A DNA stretch of 63,780 nucleotides, the filler included, from Atractiella rhizophila (Eukaryota), in assembly GCA_021432655.1 (NCBI GenBank). It is 4 parts of 4 records of this genome, joined end to end, with 100 filler letters (N's around TTAATTAATTAA, not from the genome) between each part and the next. Parts side by side here need not be neighbours in the genome. Positions count along the whole stretch, not along the records: positions 1 to 25,832 come from MU271765.1; 3 more parts are not named here. One strand, given 5' to 3'. This document shows, piece after piece, positions 12,377-24,399 of the stretch. Each line of letters opens with the position of its first letter. Within the stretch, counting starts at the first letter, position 1. Both the position numbers and the translations under genes were made by a program. The notes under the pieces are model-generated. The model searched no databases, was not told where the DNA came from, and worked only from the letters and a program-made list of their open reading frames with translations.

Positions 12377-13045
12377 AATTTGAGCGAAGAGTCGTGTCGC
12401 TCCTTCCTCTTAGTTCAACATTTTGGCGGAGACATCATTACTGTACATCAAAGAGTCCGTGTAATTTACGAGAGATTTCTGTGCCGTGCTTAGGGTCTTT
12501 CCAGAGCCTGAGCCTTGGCTTTACTGCTCTGTTGTGGCCATTCACATTCTCATGCAGACGCGCAATAACGCTTTATCACAACTGTCTTTGAAGTCTGGAC
12601 TGTTACCTTCTCCAACCAAACGTCGCCTGCTTTTCCTCTTTAATTGTTAATCAAAGTCGATTCACTATTGACGCTGCATAATTTAATCTCGCGCCCTTCG
12701 TCTCCCATCCATACCAAAATGTGATTTGGTTGGCGCCGTATATGCTCAGAAGCTATTCTCTCGCGTTTGTTCTATTAGAGAACTTACTTACTCCTGAAAC
12801 TCTTTCTCTTATTTCTTTCATTCTGGCGGCCTTGTGCATAGTGACACAAGTTTCTGTCAAAAGCAAGGCCAGCTTGTCTCATCAAAGGGAGGGAACGTCG
12901 GGACAAACTCAGAACGCATTTTCTGACGAGATAAAATGTCCTTCTTATTCCATATCTCTTCCAGCCTTGTCTCCCAAGATATAAAATCCACCTGATCCTA
13001 TCACACCCATCTCGTTCACTTCAATTTCCAAATCTCAAAGTCATC

Positions 13046-13558
13046 ATGGTTTGCGGCCAGTGTTACCCCAAAGGCTACAGGTCCTGCAACCACCAATTCC
13101 GCACAAATCTTGATTACGTCGCAGATACCGAAAAACAGAAGATATTCTCTCAAGGAGTGCACAGGCGTAGAGGCGCCATTAGTGGTGGTGATATCGGCAC
13201 TCAACTGGCGGTCAAGGGTGGCGGGGTATCCAATGGTTCGAACTTGAAAGAGAAGATACAGAACCTCAGCGAGAAAGGCAAGAAAGCGCTCCGCTCCTCC
13301 ATACCTTCCTCTTCCTTCCTTCATTTTTCCAAATCCTCAAACCAGCAACAGCAACAGGCGCAGTATGATTTGGAGGCGGCGCTGGAAAATGAGATGCGCC
13401 GCCTTAGTGCTATGGAACAATTAACTGAGAGGAGGAAGCAGAACACCTCCAAGTTTGTCGAAATGTTGCCTGAACGGGATGAAAGGACTATACCGGCGGT
13501 TTTTGAGGATAACCATACCTTTATAATATTGACAAGACGGGGAGAAAGGTGTACTTGA
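13046..13558 (+). CDS. Hypothetical 170-aa protein, apparently intronless, with N-terminal CxxC...CxH
   Basis: ATG ORF with TATAAAA about 65 nt upstream; MVCGQCYPKGYRSCNH; helical C-terminal half. Confidence 0.55.
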   Translation: MVCGQCYPKGYRSCNHQFRTNLDYVADTEKQKIFSQGVHRRRGAISGGDIGTQLAVKGGGVSNGSNLKEKIQNLSEKGKKALRSSIPSSSFLHFSKSSNQQQQQAQYDLEAALENEMRRLSAMEQLTERRKQNTSKFVEMLPERDERTIPAVFEDNHTFIILTRRGERCT

Positions 13559-13966
13559 AGGAGAGACTTGACGAGATCCTTTAAGTAGTTTGGTAGTTTG
13601 ATAATATCTGGCGTGCTATGACTATTTAGTACTTGACAATCAAAAGATTGGGTTTTGCACATGTCTCCGTTCTGTTTCACATTTGATGCAATGATGCCTT
13701 CCATATGACGGGGCAAGTTGAATTCGTTCCTAGAGCTTAGAACTGAGACATGGTTGACGGGATCTAGAGGACATGGACTAGACTGGAAGGCAGTGGAAAG
13801 ACCCCGAGTGCGAGAGACAAAGCGGGAAAGAGAAAGAAGCAAACAGAAACTTCCGCTTATCGTCAACAAACAATGGGATGTGAATATTGAATATTGAATA
13901 GTGGCATTGCACATCGAGTACTGTTTATTAAGATGAAGGTGCATAAAAGAAGGACGTAAAACGCGC

Positions 13967-15029
13967 CTAGCAAACATTTCCCTTTTTACACTTGCCCAAA
14001 CAATGATAGGTCCCAATCCAGGCGTCTTCTGAATAGACGGCCAGTCCAAGCATCCACCCGTTCAGGATCTTCGACGACGATTCTCAGGACATCCTAACAA
14101 TCCAGAGGAGCACGCGCTCACCTGGTGCACATAATCGAGATTCTGCGGGTCTCCATTCTTTACCCCCTCTTCAGAACAGGGGTAAGACTGTGTGAGGCCA
14201 TTGTTACCGTTGAAGCCATTGCCTTTTGTAAACTGTATCATAAAAGGGTGAGTTACATAGTAAATAAGGCGAAGAGAATCTTACCCATCCATTATACTGG
14301 CCAAGAGCCTTCAGGATATTCCCTTTACTATCATCTAGATGTTGGCGAAGTTCTTTTGTCGCGATGTCAACATTGTCTGCAACAGAGTTCGTGCTGTATT
14401 GACTTGAGCATTACCACAAGGTGAGGAATTAAGTATACCATTGCCCTCCAGGATAGTTTTCGCAAGCAACCTGCATTAAACCTGTATTCCATAATTAGTT
14501 TGGGACCTTACGATAAGAGAACAATTGACCAGGAGTAGAACCTCCTGCGTCTGCGTTGCACGAGCTTTCCTGCATGGCAATAATGGCCAAGATTGCCGGA
14601 TCGACATCGTACCTTTTACCTGAAGCCTAGACCATTGGTGAGCGTCATTGCACTCCGACGAGAGACATAAGCCAGGTCACCTGAAAGTATTCGTCGTACT
14701 GGAACCATCGTTCAGAATATCACATGACAAGGAGAAACACGTACTTTTTTACAGTCTTTGCCGAGGTCAGCATAAAACTGATCTTTCCCAATTACAGAGA
14801 TCGAACTGACATTCAGAAAAGGCGGATCCCATCCAGTTTCGTTCTTAATCCCTCTATTTAACCAATCTTGGGAGCCATTTGGCCCGCTGCCGGGAGTGAC
14901 GCATCGCGTTGCTCCTTTCGCTCCTAGATTGATATCAATACCCTCGATGCATTTGCTTTGTTGTTGCTGGCACTTGGCCATTGCGAATGAGAGGATGAAC
15001 CAACTGCTGACAAATAGTGAAATAAACAT
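13967..15029 (-). CDS. Secreted lysozyme-like / lytic transglycosylase protein (GH23-like), 7 exons
   Basis: Signal peptide; GPNGSQDWLN..GW.PP; VDPAILAIIAMQESS (catalytic Glu); GLMQ; GNILKALGQYNGW; QNLDYVHQILNGW. All introns GT-AG and in frame to TAG at 13967. Confidence 0.88.
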
Positions 15030-15315
15030 TTTGGTGGAAGGAATGCGAGAGCTGAGGAAGGTACCTTATTATATCAAGCCAGAATACAAGGTCTGCACAA
15101 GCGCATCACACATCCTTTATGATTCCTTGGCCGTACTGACAAAGGCAACAAAGACTACATCAGTATTAGTGAAATGAATGAAGGTTGGAAGAAAGCACCA
15201 CGCATCACAAGGTCATAAGGTATTTCCGCCTTTGCACAAAGACAGCAAAACATGAAAGCCACAGTAATAATAAAGTCCGATCTCCAGCGCTAGACTTTCC
15301 ATTCCGCGTTTCACA

Positions 15316-15774
15316 ATGTCCGACTCTTGCCCGGTTTGCTCAGGACAGATTATCTCTAAAGGGCGTCTGGCAGTTTGCTTTCTATGTCGCCAGTGGTTCT
15401 ATTCTACTTCTACTGGCCTGAACCCTGGCTTTCTTCCCTTAAGTGAGGCGACATCGTCAGCACTAGAGAGGAGAGCGCATATATTATCGGAGGAGCAGTC
15501 GAGACTACTTCAACCTTCCATTAGTCAGCGTCAACTTGAGCAGAACGCACTTCGGGTGCTGGGATTGCAGCGCAAGCCACAGGACGAACATGGTGGAACA
15601 GCTCAAGCAACCTCCGGGAACACCATACACGAGGAACCCAACGAGAATCGATGCATTGGATTTGTCGACCTCCCAGACGTTGGGGCAGTCGTGCTCTGGT
15701 GCGACAACATTGGCAGGTATTGGTTGGATCACAACGGAATGAAGATTTACATAGGTCCTGAGCCGTCTTCCTGA
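15316..15774 (+). CDS. Hypothetical 152-aa protein with N-terminal CxxC-x12-CxxC
   Basis: MSDSCPVCSGQIISKGRLAVCFLCRQWFY; single ORF divergent from the GH23 gene. Confidence 0.45.
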   Translation: MSDSCPVCSGQIISKGRLAVCFLCRQWFYSTSTGLNPGFLPLSEATSSALERRAHILSEEQSRLLQPSISQRQLEQNALRVLGLQRKPQDEHGGTAQATSGNTIHEEPNENRCIGFVDLPDVGAVVLWCDNIGRYWLDHNGMKIYIGPEPSS

Positions 15775-16285
15775 TCAAGGAGTCTTCACAAGTCCCCCAA
15801 ACCACAGTGTTGTCTATTTTGTATACTGCATAGATTTGTATTTTGGTTGATAACGTCAGAATATTCAAACATATCGAGCATTTGCCAATCTCGCTCACCA
15901 ACTGGCAAAGGGAGAGACAAAACTATACTTCCGCCGTGCAAAAGATCACTCACAGGTGTCTACTAAATCAATGCCTCCTGTTATCTCGACATAACCCTCA
16001 TGTATTTCTGTATTTCTGTCCAGCTTGGTTGGAATGTTCACGTTCATTAATAAGGTTTCACAGCTTGTTGTGGAGTAGCGTATTTGAAATGAGATGCTCA
16101 ACCCTTAAGGCAACATTGACAGTCATTCGAGTATTCCTTCGACCTTCCAGCATCTGATTCTAGTTTAGTTCCCATATAACCTGGAACTGATATATTCATA
16201 TATATCCCAGTACAACACCTCCCCCTCGTAGAGATCACCTGATACCGAATCCAAGTCCGACAGCCATCGTTGAACAAGTGCCAAT

Positions 16286-17038
16286 ATGGATTTCGCAGAT
16301 GAGGAGCCGACACATCCACTAGATGACTTTTCAGAAAGCCCTCAAGAGGCGCACCGCTCACTTGCTATTCTTTCAGTCAGTCTGGGGACGGTAGTTCCCG
16401 CAATAGCAACAGGCATGTTCGTGGCTCTTCGACAGGAAAAAACGACAATAGCCTGCTTCGTCTTCGCTTTCGCCCTCGTGATTCTACTCTATGGCCTTTT
16501 CGAAGGAATTTTAGCGCTCTTCTCACAGAACGCGACTGCAGAAAGGACACCAGAAGATGATGTTGCAGTTTACGAACCTCTTCGTACGGTGGAGTCACCA
16601 AACTCGCGAAGAGACCGCGCTGTGGAAGGACAAGAAAGGGAGTCACCTCCAGGATATGAGGACGCAATTGACCCTTCAAAACAAATTCCATTGCCGTGTG
16701 TCCTCTGCTTTTCACCCGCCAATGAAGGCGCACTTATGCTCCTCCCCAACAGCCCGATCGACCCGTCGGCGGACGTAGAGCTTCAGCTTTCCTCTTCTCC
16801 TTATACGGCAACTTCCATCTTCCCCCTTCCTCCCCATCTTCGGCGCGCCTGGAAAGCGATCGGTTGCGGGTTGACATTGCTCTTCCTTGACGCTCCTTTC
16901 CTTATGATTGATGCGGAAAGCTTTCCTGATGATTCGGGGTTCAAGCTGGCCTGGATAGGCGTATTTTGGTTTGCTCCTTTATCTGGATGGGCCGCTTACT
17001 TTTCAAAATTGAAGCAAATGAGAACTATGGGTGCTTAA
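16286..17038 (+). CDS. Hypothetical membrane protein, about 4 TM helices, PPxY motif in the central loop
   Basis: 250-aa ATG ORF; two hydrophobic segments at each end; SPPGYEDA; TATA-like sequence near 16198. Confidence 0.65.
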   Translation: MDFADEEPTHPLDDFSESPQEAHRSLAILSVSLGTVVPAIATGMFVALRQEKTTIACFVFAFALVILLYGLFEGILALFSQNATAERTPEDDVAVYEPLRTVESPNSRRDRAVEGQERESPPGYEDAIDPSKQIPLPCVLCFSPANEGALMLLPNSPIDPSADVELQLSSSPYTATSIFPLPPHLRRAWKAIGCGLTLLFLDAPFLMIDAESFPDDSGFKLAWIGVFWFAPLSGWAAYFSKLKQMRTMGA

Positions 17039-17355
17039 TCTGTTAGCTTTTACCATTTGATGTCAAGGACATTTTGGTTTGGATCGTTTTGTCATGGACC
17101 GACTTATTACATCTGCTGTACTTGAGCTATAATCAGAAGTCAGATAATCAGCTGATACAACTACTGGGCCGCTTTAATCATCCTTCCACTGCTGCTTTGA
17201 GCCTGAGACTGGGTAGTGACCTCTAGTTACTTGAGCAAACTAAGCTATTACCACCGCCTGCCCACCGTCCACCGTCTGGAGTAGTGACTTTGATAAATCG
17301 ACGACGAAGAAGCTACTGGGTTTGGCACTGTAGGAGCTCTCCTTGAAACGCAATC

Positions 17356-18186
17356 ATGGTAAGTGTTAGCGGCATAAGTCCAGTTATCTAAAGGTTTTTT
17401 CTTCAGCCAAAAGTTGTCCGCACAAAAATATCTCGCGCGCATGCCTCAGCACCTTCAAAACGCAAGTTCGTAACGAAAGAGATAGTGGAGGGTGATACCG
17501 TTGAATATATCGCACCAGGGAGTGGGATGGAACTAACGGTGAGACTTCCGGTCTGTAACCTCTTGAAGTATGAAGACTCACTCTTGATGCAGGAGGAAGA
17601 GCTCTTCAAAGCTGCATCGTCAAAGCCTTCATCCTCAGCATTCACTGCTCCTGCAACAACGGAGAAAAAGCTTTCCAAAATTACGAAGAAGCAAGAGCGA
17701 ATCGCGACCTTCCAATCGCGTAGGTGTCTCTGTTGGTCTCTTACAGACTCTTAAAACTCCTGGGGCAAGTTGTCGATGCAACGAACCCGTCTGGCCAACC
17801 ATACTCCAAGTCGCATATCCGCCGTCTGAAGCGGAAGAAAGCGTCTGCTCTGGCTGCCGACCTTGCGCCGTTGGAAGACATTCTGCAGGAGGTGAAGGAG
17901 ACGGAAATCGAGCCTGTGGAGGAAGCGAAGGCGCAGGAGCAGGTCCCACAACTTTTGAAGGAGAAATCCGGGACAAAACAGACGAAGAACCAACGGAAGC
18001 GTTTACTGTTCGTGTTTTATCACTCGCATTACAGGCATTGATGATGACGTTGGAAACAGGATGCAAGAGAAGCAGCGACTCGGTGCGCTCATGAAAGTGC
18101 CAGGCTACAAGGCGGACCCTTTTAAAGCTATTCAAGATCATATTCAGAACACACTTCGCTCAGGGGACACAGGCGAGAAAGCTTGA
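17356..18186 (+). CDS. SLX9: Ribosome biogenesis protein Slx9-like
   Basis: Spliced M|PKVVRTK..., YSKSHIRRLKRKKASALAADLAPLEDIL, KNQRKRLL|MQEKQRLGALMKVPGYKADPFKAIQDHIQNTL, matching the SLX9 C-terminal pattern. Confidence 0.75.
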
Positions 18187-18490
18187 AGTCTGTATCTCAT
18201 TACTTGCATCTTCATTACATTAGTAAAACGTTACCAGCGTGCACTAACGGCATCGAACATTATATCATCGCCAAAATCCCAATATGAAACTATACCTTGA
18301 AGGACGAAGATGCTGTACTTTCTCAGTGTCAAGAAGGAGGAAAAGAAACGGAAGGGTATGTCAAACTCTGCGAGTTTTTGGGACGAATTAAAAAGTTGTA
18401 CAATGCGGCTTGATAAGAAGTGGAAAGTGTATCAAATGCGAACGACTAGATGCCACTGGCAGCTGTACCCTCCAAACTAAAGCTCTTCCC

Positions 18491-21088
18491 TCAAATCATG
18501 TCGTTCCTTTCCTTCGCATTTCCCGCGTCTAATTCCTCCTCAATTGGCTCTCCCTCCAACCCTCCAAATCCTCCGGTGCTTCGGCGGGAGCTATTACTGC
18601 TCCTCTTGCTACTTGGTCGTCTTCCCAAACTCAACTTTTTAGGCTCGGTGAACCCAGACGCCCGACCTTGTTCCATCTCTTTCTTCTGTTCGATTTCCCT
18701 CTTCTCGGTCTCTTTCACCTTCTCTTCCATCTCATATCTTCTCTCAAGACTTGGAGACTTGATACCGTGAAGTGCCAGATCGGCTCTCAGCCTTTCTCTC
18801 TCCTGCCGATCTTCTTCATCCTCCTCCGTATCCACCGCAGGAATCTTCGATAGACCTTGACCATTCAACTGAGAAGCAGAGAAAGACTTGAATTGTGCGC
18901 TCGAAGCAGCGGTGGGAGAGAGGGGAGGGTTGGTTTTGGAGAAGGAGAAGGGATTCTTAAAATTCCAATCGATGGACAGACTCCTCCTCTTCCCTCCTTC
19001 GGGTCTCAGGGATTGCCTGTCCCTATTCGCATTCTCTGGGGTAGCGAATGAGACGCTATTCGAACCTGATTCGTCTTTGGAGGACGATCGATTCCACAAG
19101 ATCGACTTCAGAGACGTGCCTGTGCTCTGAGTTACTCGATGCGTAGGCTTTGCGATCCTCGGCGTGGATGGAGCCTTGGCAGTTTCAGGGTTATAATCCT
19201 TTGCCAGGACTTTTTCAAATCCTTCCATCGAGATAATACGGTCGATGATGGTGGAGATGTACAGAGAGAGCGCCTTGTTTGCGTCCTTCAGGAGCTTGAA
19301 TTCTTCGTTCAATTCTATCCCAAGACAGAATATAAGTATACAACGTCATGTATGAGCAGGGAAGGAGAAGAAAGCATACTCTCGTAAGCCTGTTTCGTGA
19401 TCTCCTGCGCCTCCTTCGAATCAGCCTCATTCGCTCTCTCCAATTCGGCCTCCAAATCCATTCCTCCAAGTCCACCAATGGCGCTTCCATTGATAGTTCT
19501 CCGGCTCTTCTTCTTCTTAACCTCTTTGGCAAAACCCTCCTTCTCCCCTCCTCCACCAGCCATAGCGAGAACTGCACCCTCGTCTACTTTTCCCGTGCCA
19601 CTACTCTGCAAAAGCATCTTCTCAAACTCATCTTCCTCATCTTCGTTCTCTTCATCAAACAGCTCTTCCTCCTCAAGAATGAAATCGGGTCTCCTCCCCA
19701 CCTCTCCAAGTTTCAACACCTCTCCTAGGATATCGCCGACGTTCTCAGGTCCCACACCTCCACCCACCAATCTTCCCAGCGTTCGCTCCCCTAACAAGAC
19801 TTCAAAAGACTCGTTGGTCTCCATCAACTCCGCATTCGCCCTCTTCACCTCCGTCAACTCATCCATCGCCGTCCTATGACTTCTCTCGATGCTCTCATAG
19901 CTAGCAGTCAAGCTCTTCAGCTGCGCTTGAACGCTACCCAGTTCTGCTGCCAGCTTCTTCTCCATCTCCGAGCTCTTCGTGATCACAGACACCTTTCGGG
20001 ATCTCATCCCGACCGCAGGGATCTCAAGGCCTTCGAAGGTGTCTGGAGGAGGGGCGGACGGATCGTCGTCTCCAGCATCTTCGGTTGGAGCGCGAGAAGG
20101 AGACGGTGATGGTTGACGAGAGCCTTTGTGGTGTGCGGCGGCGGAGGAGGCGAGTGAGGAGATGCGCAGTTTTAGATGTTGTTCTTGGTCGTGCCACGAT
20201 TGACGCTCTGCGTCGAAAGATTCCGTCTGCCATCACACATACACCGTGAGACCCATTTCCAAGTCGAGGTGGAAAGTGGTGTGGATGGGAGAAAGAGGGA
20301 GCCACGAACCTGATCTTTATATCTCTTCTCTACCTCCCTGTTCTTCCTCTCCAACTCCCGAATCTGCCCTCTGAGATGCTCTGCCACCTCCGACGCAGTC
20401 TCGGTATTTTGACTAAGCTCCTCTTCACTAGAAACCGAAATGAGTATCGCAAAATGAGCTGAAGAGGTGACATACATCCTAATGCCTTGGACGTAAAGCT
20501 CTTGCGCTTTTGAGTTCGCTAGCTCCACTTCCTTTTCTAATTCTACATTGCGTTGAGCTGCCTCGGACGCGGTCTGGCGAGTAGTGTTGAGCGTTTCTTG
20601 CAGCTGTCAAGGAATGCAGTCAGTATTGAACATGTCTTCAATGCAGAGTGTCTTTCATGTTGACGAAATTAAAGTCTCCATCACGCTCTCTTGTGAGCCG
20701 CGCTCTCATAACACTAGCCGAAATGGCATGTCAAAGAGAATTCCTCCTCTTTTTTCTTCGCCCGTTCAAACGTCTGAAGCTCCAGCAATCCAGCGAACAA
20801 ATAACTCACGAGTTCGAATCTCTCCCTTTCTTTCTCTCTCTCCTCCCTTTCCACTCTCACCAACTCAAGCAGCTGTTCCTTCCCCAACTTCGCTAATTCC
20901 GAATTCGCACTTCCATTCAAGGATGTCAAACCGGAGATAGAAGAACTAGGGGTATGTGCCCTCTTTGGACCGGTAGTCGTGGAGCGAGCGCTGCTCTTGC
21001 TGGATGGGAGCACCATGGAGACTGGACGCGCTTTTGCTGCCGTTGGCGAGGTTGGAGATGTTGGTGTCCGAGGAGTTGGCGGAGGCAT
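18491..21088 (-). CDS. Long coiled-coil protein with a FIP-RBD (Rab11-binding)-like motif
   Basis: Multi-exon coiled-coil ORFs (20714..21088, 20172..20528, 19315..20007, 18491..19312); motif LKDANKALSLYISTIIDRIISMEGFEKVL. Confidence 0.7.
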
Positions 21089-21779
21089 GATGGTCGTTTA
21101 CTGAAACTGTTGAAAGAGAGAATGTGGCTGGGCGGTGGACCAGTGACAACTGGAAAAGGGAATTGGTGCGACACTTCGTCGTGGAAGTCGGTCAGTCGGT
21201 TCCGGCGCGAACAACAATTGCAATTGCGCAAAGGAACGACGATGTGGGAGTCACATGAATCACAGAGTGGGATTGGACTTGGAAAGGGGTTACAGAAGTT
21301 GTTTGGAGTTGATTATCTCGTAAATCCATGAGAGAAATGAGAGGGTGTGGCTGCAGAAGTGGGAGCTACTGTGAGCTTCATGTCATCATTTGCATCTGAG
21401 CGCGAGGGTTTGGCGTGTGGTGCATCTCTGAGATATGGCACATGTTAACTAATACATGCGATGGAGCTCGACAGACGCCAAATGCAGCTCATCCTCATGC
21501 TCCAGTGTACTGATAGTTCTATGTCTTCGCTGAAGATTTGTTCTGTCCCTTTTGGTCGGAATCTGACCACAACGTGCGCGATCATCGCCATAATCAGCCA
21601 TTGCAAGGAATCTGGAACCTTTGGTGGAGGTCCACCACAGAAGCGTTGCTGCAATTCACCAACTGACAAACACCTAGTTCCACATTCGGTCTGTCCTAGC
21701 TAATAACTAACGCAATAAATGTATCCAAGTTTTCTGTCATGATGCAGAAAACTTTTTTCTTGTGGTCATGCACTCACTT

Positions 21780-22447
21780 CCTCACCATTTTCACCCCGGT
21801 TTTGTCATTCGAGAACTCGCCTCCGTCGTGGGTTCATATCGGCGCGTCGTGCTTACCCTAAGTAGTCAGTTTTTACTACTGAATCCTGAATCTTGCCCGA
21901 GAAGCAACCACTCAGGACCTTACGAAATTGATCGGCTGTCCTTTTGTCTTCAACACTTTTGGGACCCTGATATTTCTAGTAGGCGCCATAAACACCAATG
22001 CTTCATTCAGAAGTAGCTCTCCCGACGACGTCTTCAAATTCGGATACCATAAAATGCGGTTTTTCATTTGGGTTGACGCATGTGCAAGCTGCTTCAAGCA
22101 GACCTTGTCCTTGGTGAGAGAAATTGCGGGCCAGAGTGTGCTTGGAAATCGCCCCTGAGCTCCTCCGAGAGATTTCAGTGCAATTAAAACCAAACGAGTC
22201 GGGCTCTCCCTTCGGCGACGGTTCTGAGGTCCATCCATTTACACATAACGTGCTAGGTTGAGCGCTGCTTACCTTGTTAATTTCTGAGAGCCTCTTTGTG
22301 GCATATGGTTCAGATCAGAGTCGGATCTACCGATTTCTGGATCCTTCTTCGATATCAAAAGATGTTAACTATTCCATCACAGATGCTCGCTATCCTGGTA
22401 AAGTTCCTACCATTGGAGTACAGATGCAGTCATTGGATTTTGCTTGA
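21780..22447 (+). other. Possible spliced hypothetical gene or decayed gene fragment
   Basis: Protein-like stretches (LEIAPELLREISVQLKPNESGSPFGDGSE; SLFVAYGSDQSRIYRFLDP...SLDFA*) separated by intron-like segments. No family recognised. Confidence 0.25.
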
Positions 22448-23055
22448 TTCCACGCCATCGGTTCGATGTTCAGCATCTGCAAGCTGCTGCAAACCAAATT
22501 GAGTTACAACCTGTTATTTCAGGATCGGCGATCCGATCAGCCAACTTGAGTGACTTTACAGTGAGGGGCCGATTTGGGATTTTTGTTGCAGCGCTAAGCA
22601 TGGACAAGAGATTCGGTATTGGGGTCCTTTCTTTCATATGTTCCATGCATTGTTCTATGATTCGCTGCAGGTTCTGTCGCCTATGGAACTTCATTTTCTC
22701 TTGATGACGCTTCTTTTGCAGTTGATCGATCTTTACATGCGTCTACATCATTCATTGCGATCGTTACATTGCCTTGCGTTGAGAATATTGCGAAAACGAG
22801 AAAACGGATGAAAGTCCCTGATGCGATGCAGAACAAGAGAGAAATAGAAAGTCAATAAGGGTTATTTTGAGGAGTTGGACCCAGAATGTACACCAAATCA
22901 ATTGGAGAGAAGCTACTCAGAAAAGTACGCAGAAACATTTTGAGATCAAGTTCGATGCTTTGTACAGACTGCACAAAAGTTCGTCAGCGATATGGTAACT
23001 GCCAAACAAAAGTCCGCTCACACTATCTAGTTCTTGCAGTTGTACGGTTGTACGC

Positions 23056-24399
23056 TCATCTCCTCAGCCTTCCCTCCCGCTCCAATCTTGCGAGGCAGAC
23101 ATAGACCTGTTCATGAAACCTCTTCGTCCTCTCCCAGCCCATGTTGTGCGCGATCTCTCGTCCCCTCTGTACCCTCTCCAACTTTTCTACCTGCTCTTCG
23201 ATATTCCCAGTTCGTACCCCTGCAGTGGCACCAGACATCCTTCCGCCCATTCTCGAGGACCAAGCATCCTCCGCAAACGGACTTGATCTTGCTTTCGATC
23301 TCGAGGGAGTGCCATTTTCGTAAATGGGTCGGTCAGCGTAGCGATGAAGAGGCGAGCCAGGTTCAGTTGGATACTCTCTCCGTGTCCTGTTCAGGGCTGG
23401 AGATGGGGTACGACGCAGAGGAGGAGCAGGATAGTCTCTCAAGTACGAGGAAGGCGGACTGAATGGATCGGGAGGTTGTGGAGCCGGCGTGCGAGGGCGG
23501 CGAGTGGGTTGTGGAGGCGACTGTGATCGCGCTGGCTGTTGTGGAGGTGACTGCGATCGTACTGACGGTCGTGGAGGGAAGTGAAAAATTGGTTCTGGAC
23601 TTGGGTCACGCTGAGGTTGAGGAGGGGGTATAGGAATGTCTCTTTGTCGCAGGGGTATAGGAATCTCCCTTTGTCGAGGCGGAATAGGAATATCCCTTTG
23701 TCGAGGAGGTGCTCCAAAGGTTCGGGGTGGTGGACGTGACGCTGCATTGTTCAGGATTCGCTCTTCCAGATGGGAGAAGTTTCGTCGTGGCTCGCTGTAG
23801 TTGAACGTTGGCTCCTCCCGAACATAATCTCTTCTGGGACGCGGCGGAGATGCAGTAGGCTGAAAAATTGGAGGTGCCCGTTCCGGCGTCGTTCGTCGAG
23901 GTGCTGCTGTCGACGCGGAAGGAGGCCGAATATTAGACGATGATGACAACGGTCGAGAAGCCGCGAAAGAGGGCAGAGGTTGCGATGCTGCAGACGCGAA
24001 TGCTGCTGCTTCGGCGGCTGCGACGCGAGCGGGAAGGTCGCCCAGCAACTCTTCATACGGTTCTCGAGCTCGAGGCTGAGGTTCTGGTGCTTGCGGTTTA
24101 CGTGCTGGTATCTCCCGCCTCCAAGTGCGAGCAGATGTGATGCTACTCCGAGGACGCGCGCGTGGACGACTAGGACTGGGAGGTGCTTGACTTGGCTGAC
24201 CAGATGTCGACTCCCGGACGAAATTATTGAAAGTCTCACCAACGTGGACCGTTGGCGATGCGGCTTGAGGACTTCGACTGGCTGTTGAACCTGCGGAAGC
24301 AGGTTGCTGTGTTGTTTTGGCCTCTTTCCGTGCTGTTTGTTTCCTCCGTCGCTCGTTAGCATCGTACGGTTTCATCGGTTTGATGTCGAAGAAACCCAT
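23056..24399 (-). CDS. Pro/Arg/Ser-rich disordered hypothetical protein (447 aa)
   Basis: Long ATG ORF with internal repeats RQR(D/E)IPIP x3 and RSQSPPQ x2. Confidence 0.7.
   Translation of the reverse strand: MGFFDIKPMKPYDANERRRKQTARKEAKTTQQPASAGSTASRSPQAASPTVHVGETFNNFVRESTSGQPSQAPPSPSRPRARPRSSITSARTWRREIPARKPQAPEPQPRAREPYEELLGDLPARVAAAEAAAFASAASQPLPSFAASRPLSSSSNIRPPSASTAAPRRTTPERAPPIFQPTASPPRPRRDYVREEPTFNYSEPRRNFSHLEERILNNAASRPPPRTFGAPPRQRDIPIPPRQREIPIPLRQRDIPIPPPQPQRDPSPEPIFHFPPRPSVRSQSPPQQPARSQSPPQPTRRPRTPAPQPPDPFSPPSSYLRDYPAPPLRRTPSPALNRTRREYPTEPGSPLHRYADRPIYENGTPSRSKARSSPFAEDAWSSRMGGRMSGATAGVRTGNIEEQVEKLERVQRGREIAHNMGWERTKRFHEQVYVCLARLEREGRLRR

Noticed and set aside
13321..14049. 242-aa minus-strand ORF
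   Set aside because: Non-ATG start; it overlaps the last GH23 exon out of frame and lies antisense to ORF 13046, so it is probably spurious.
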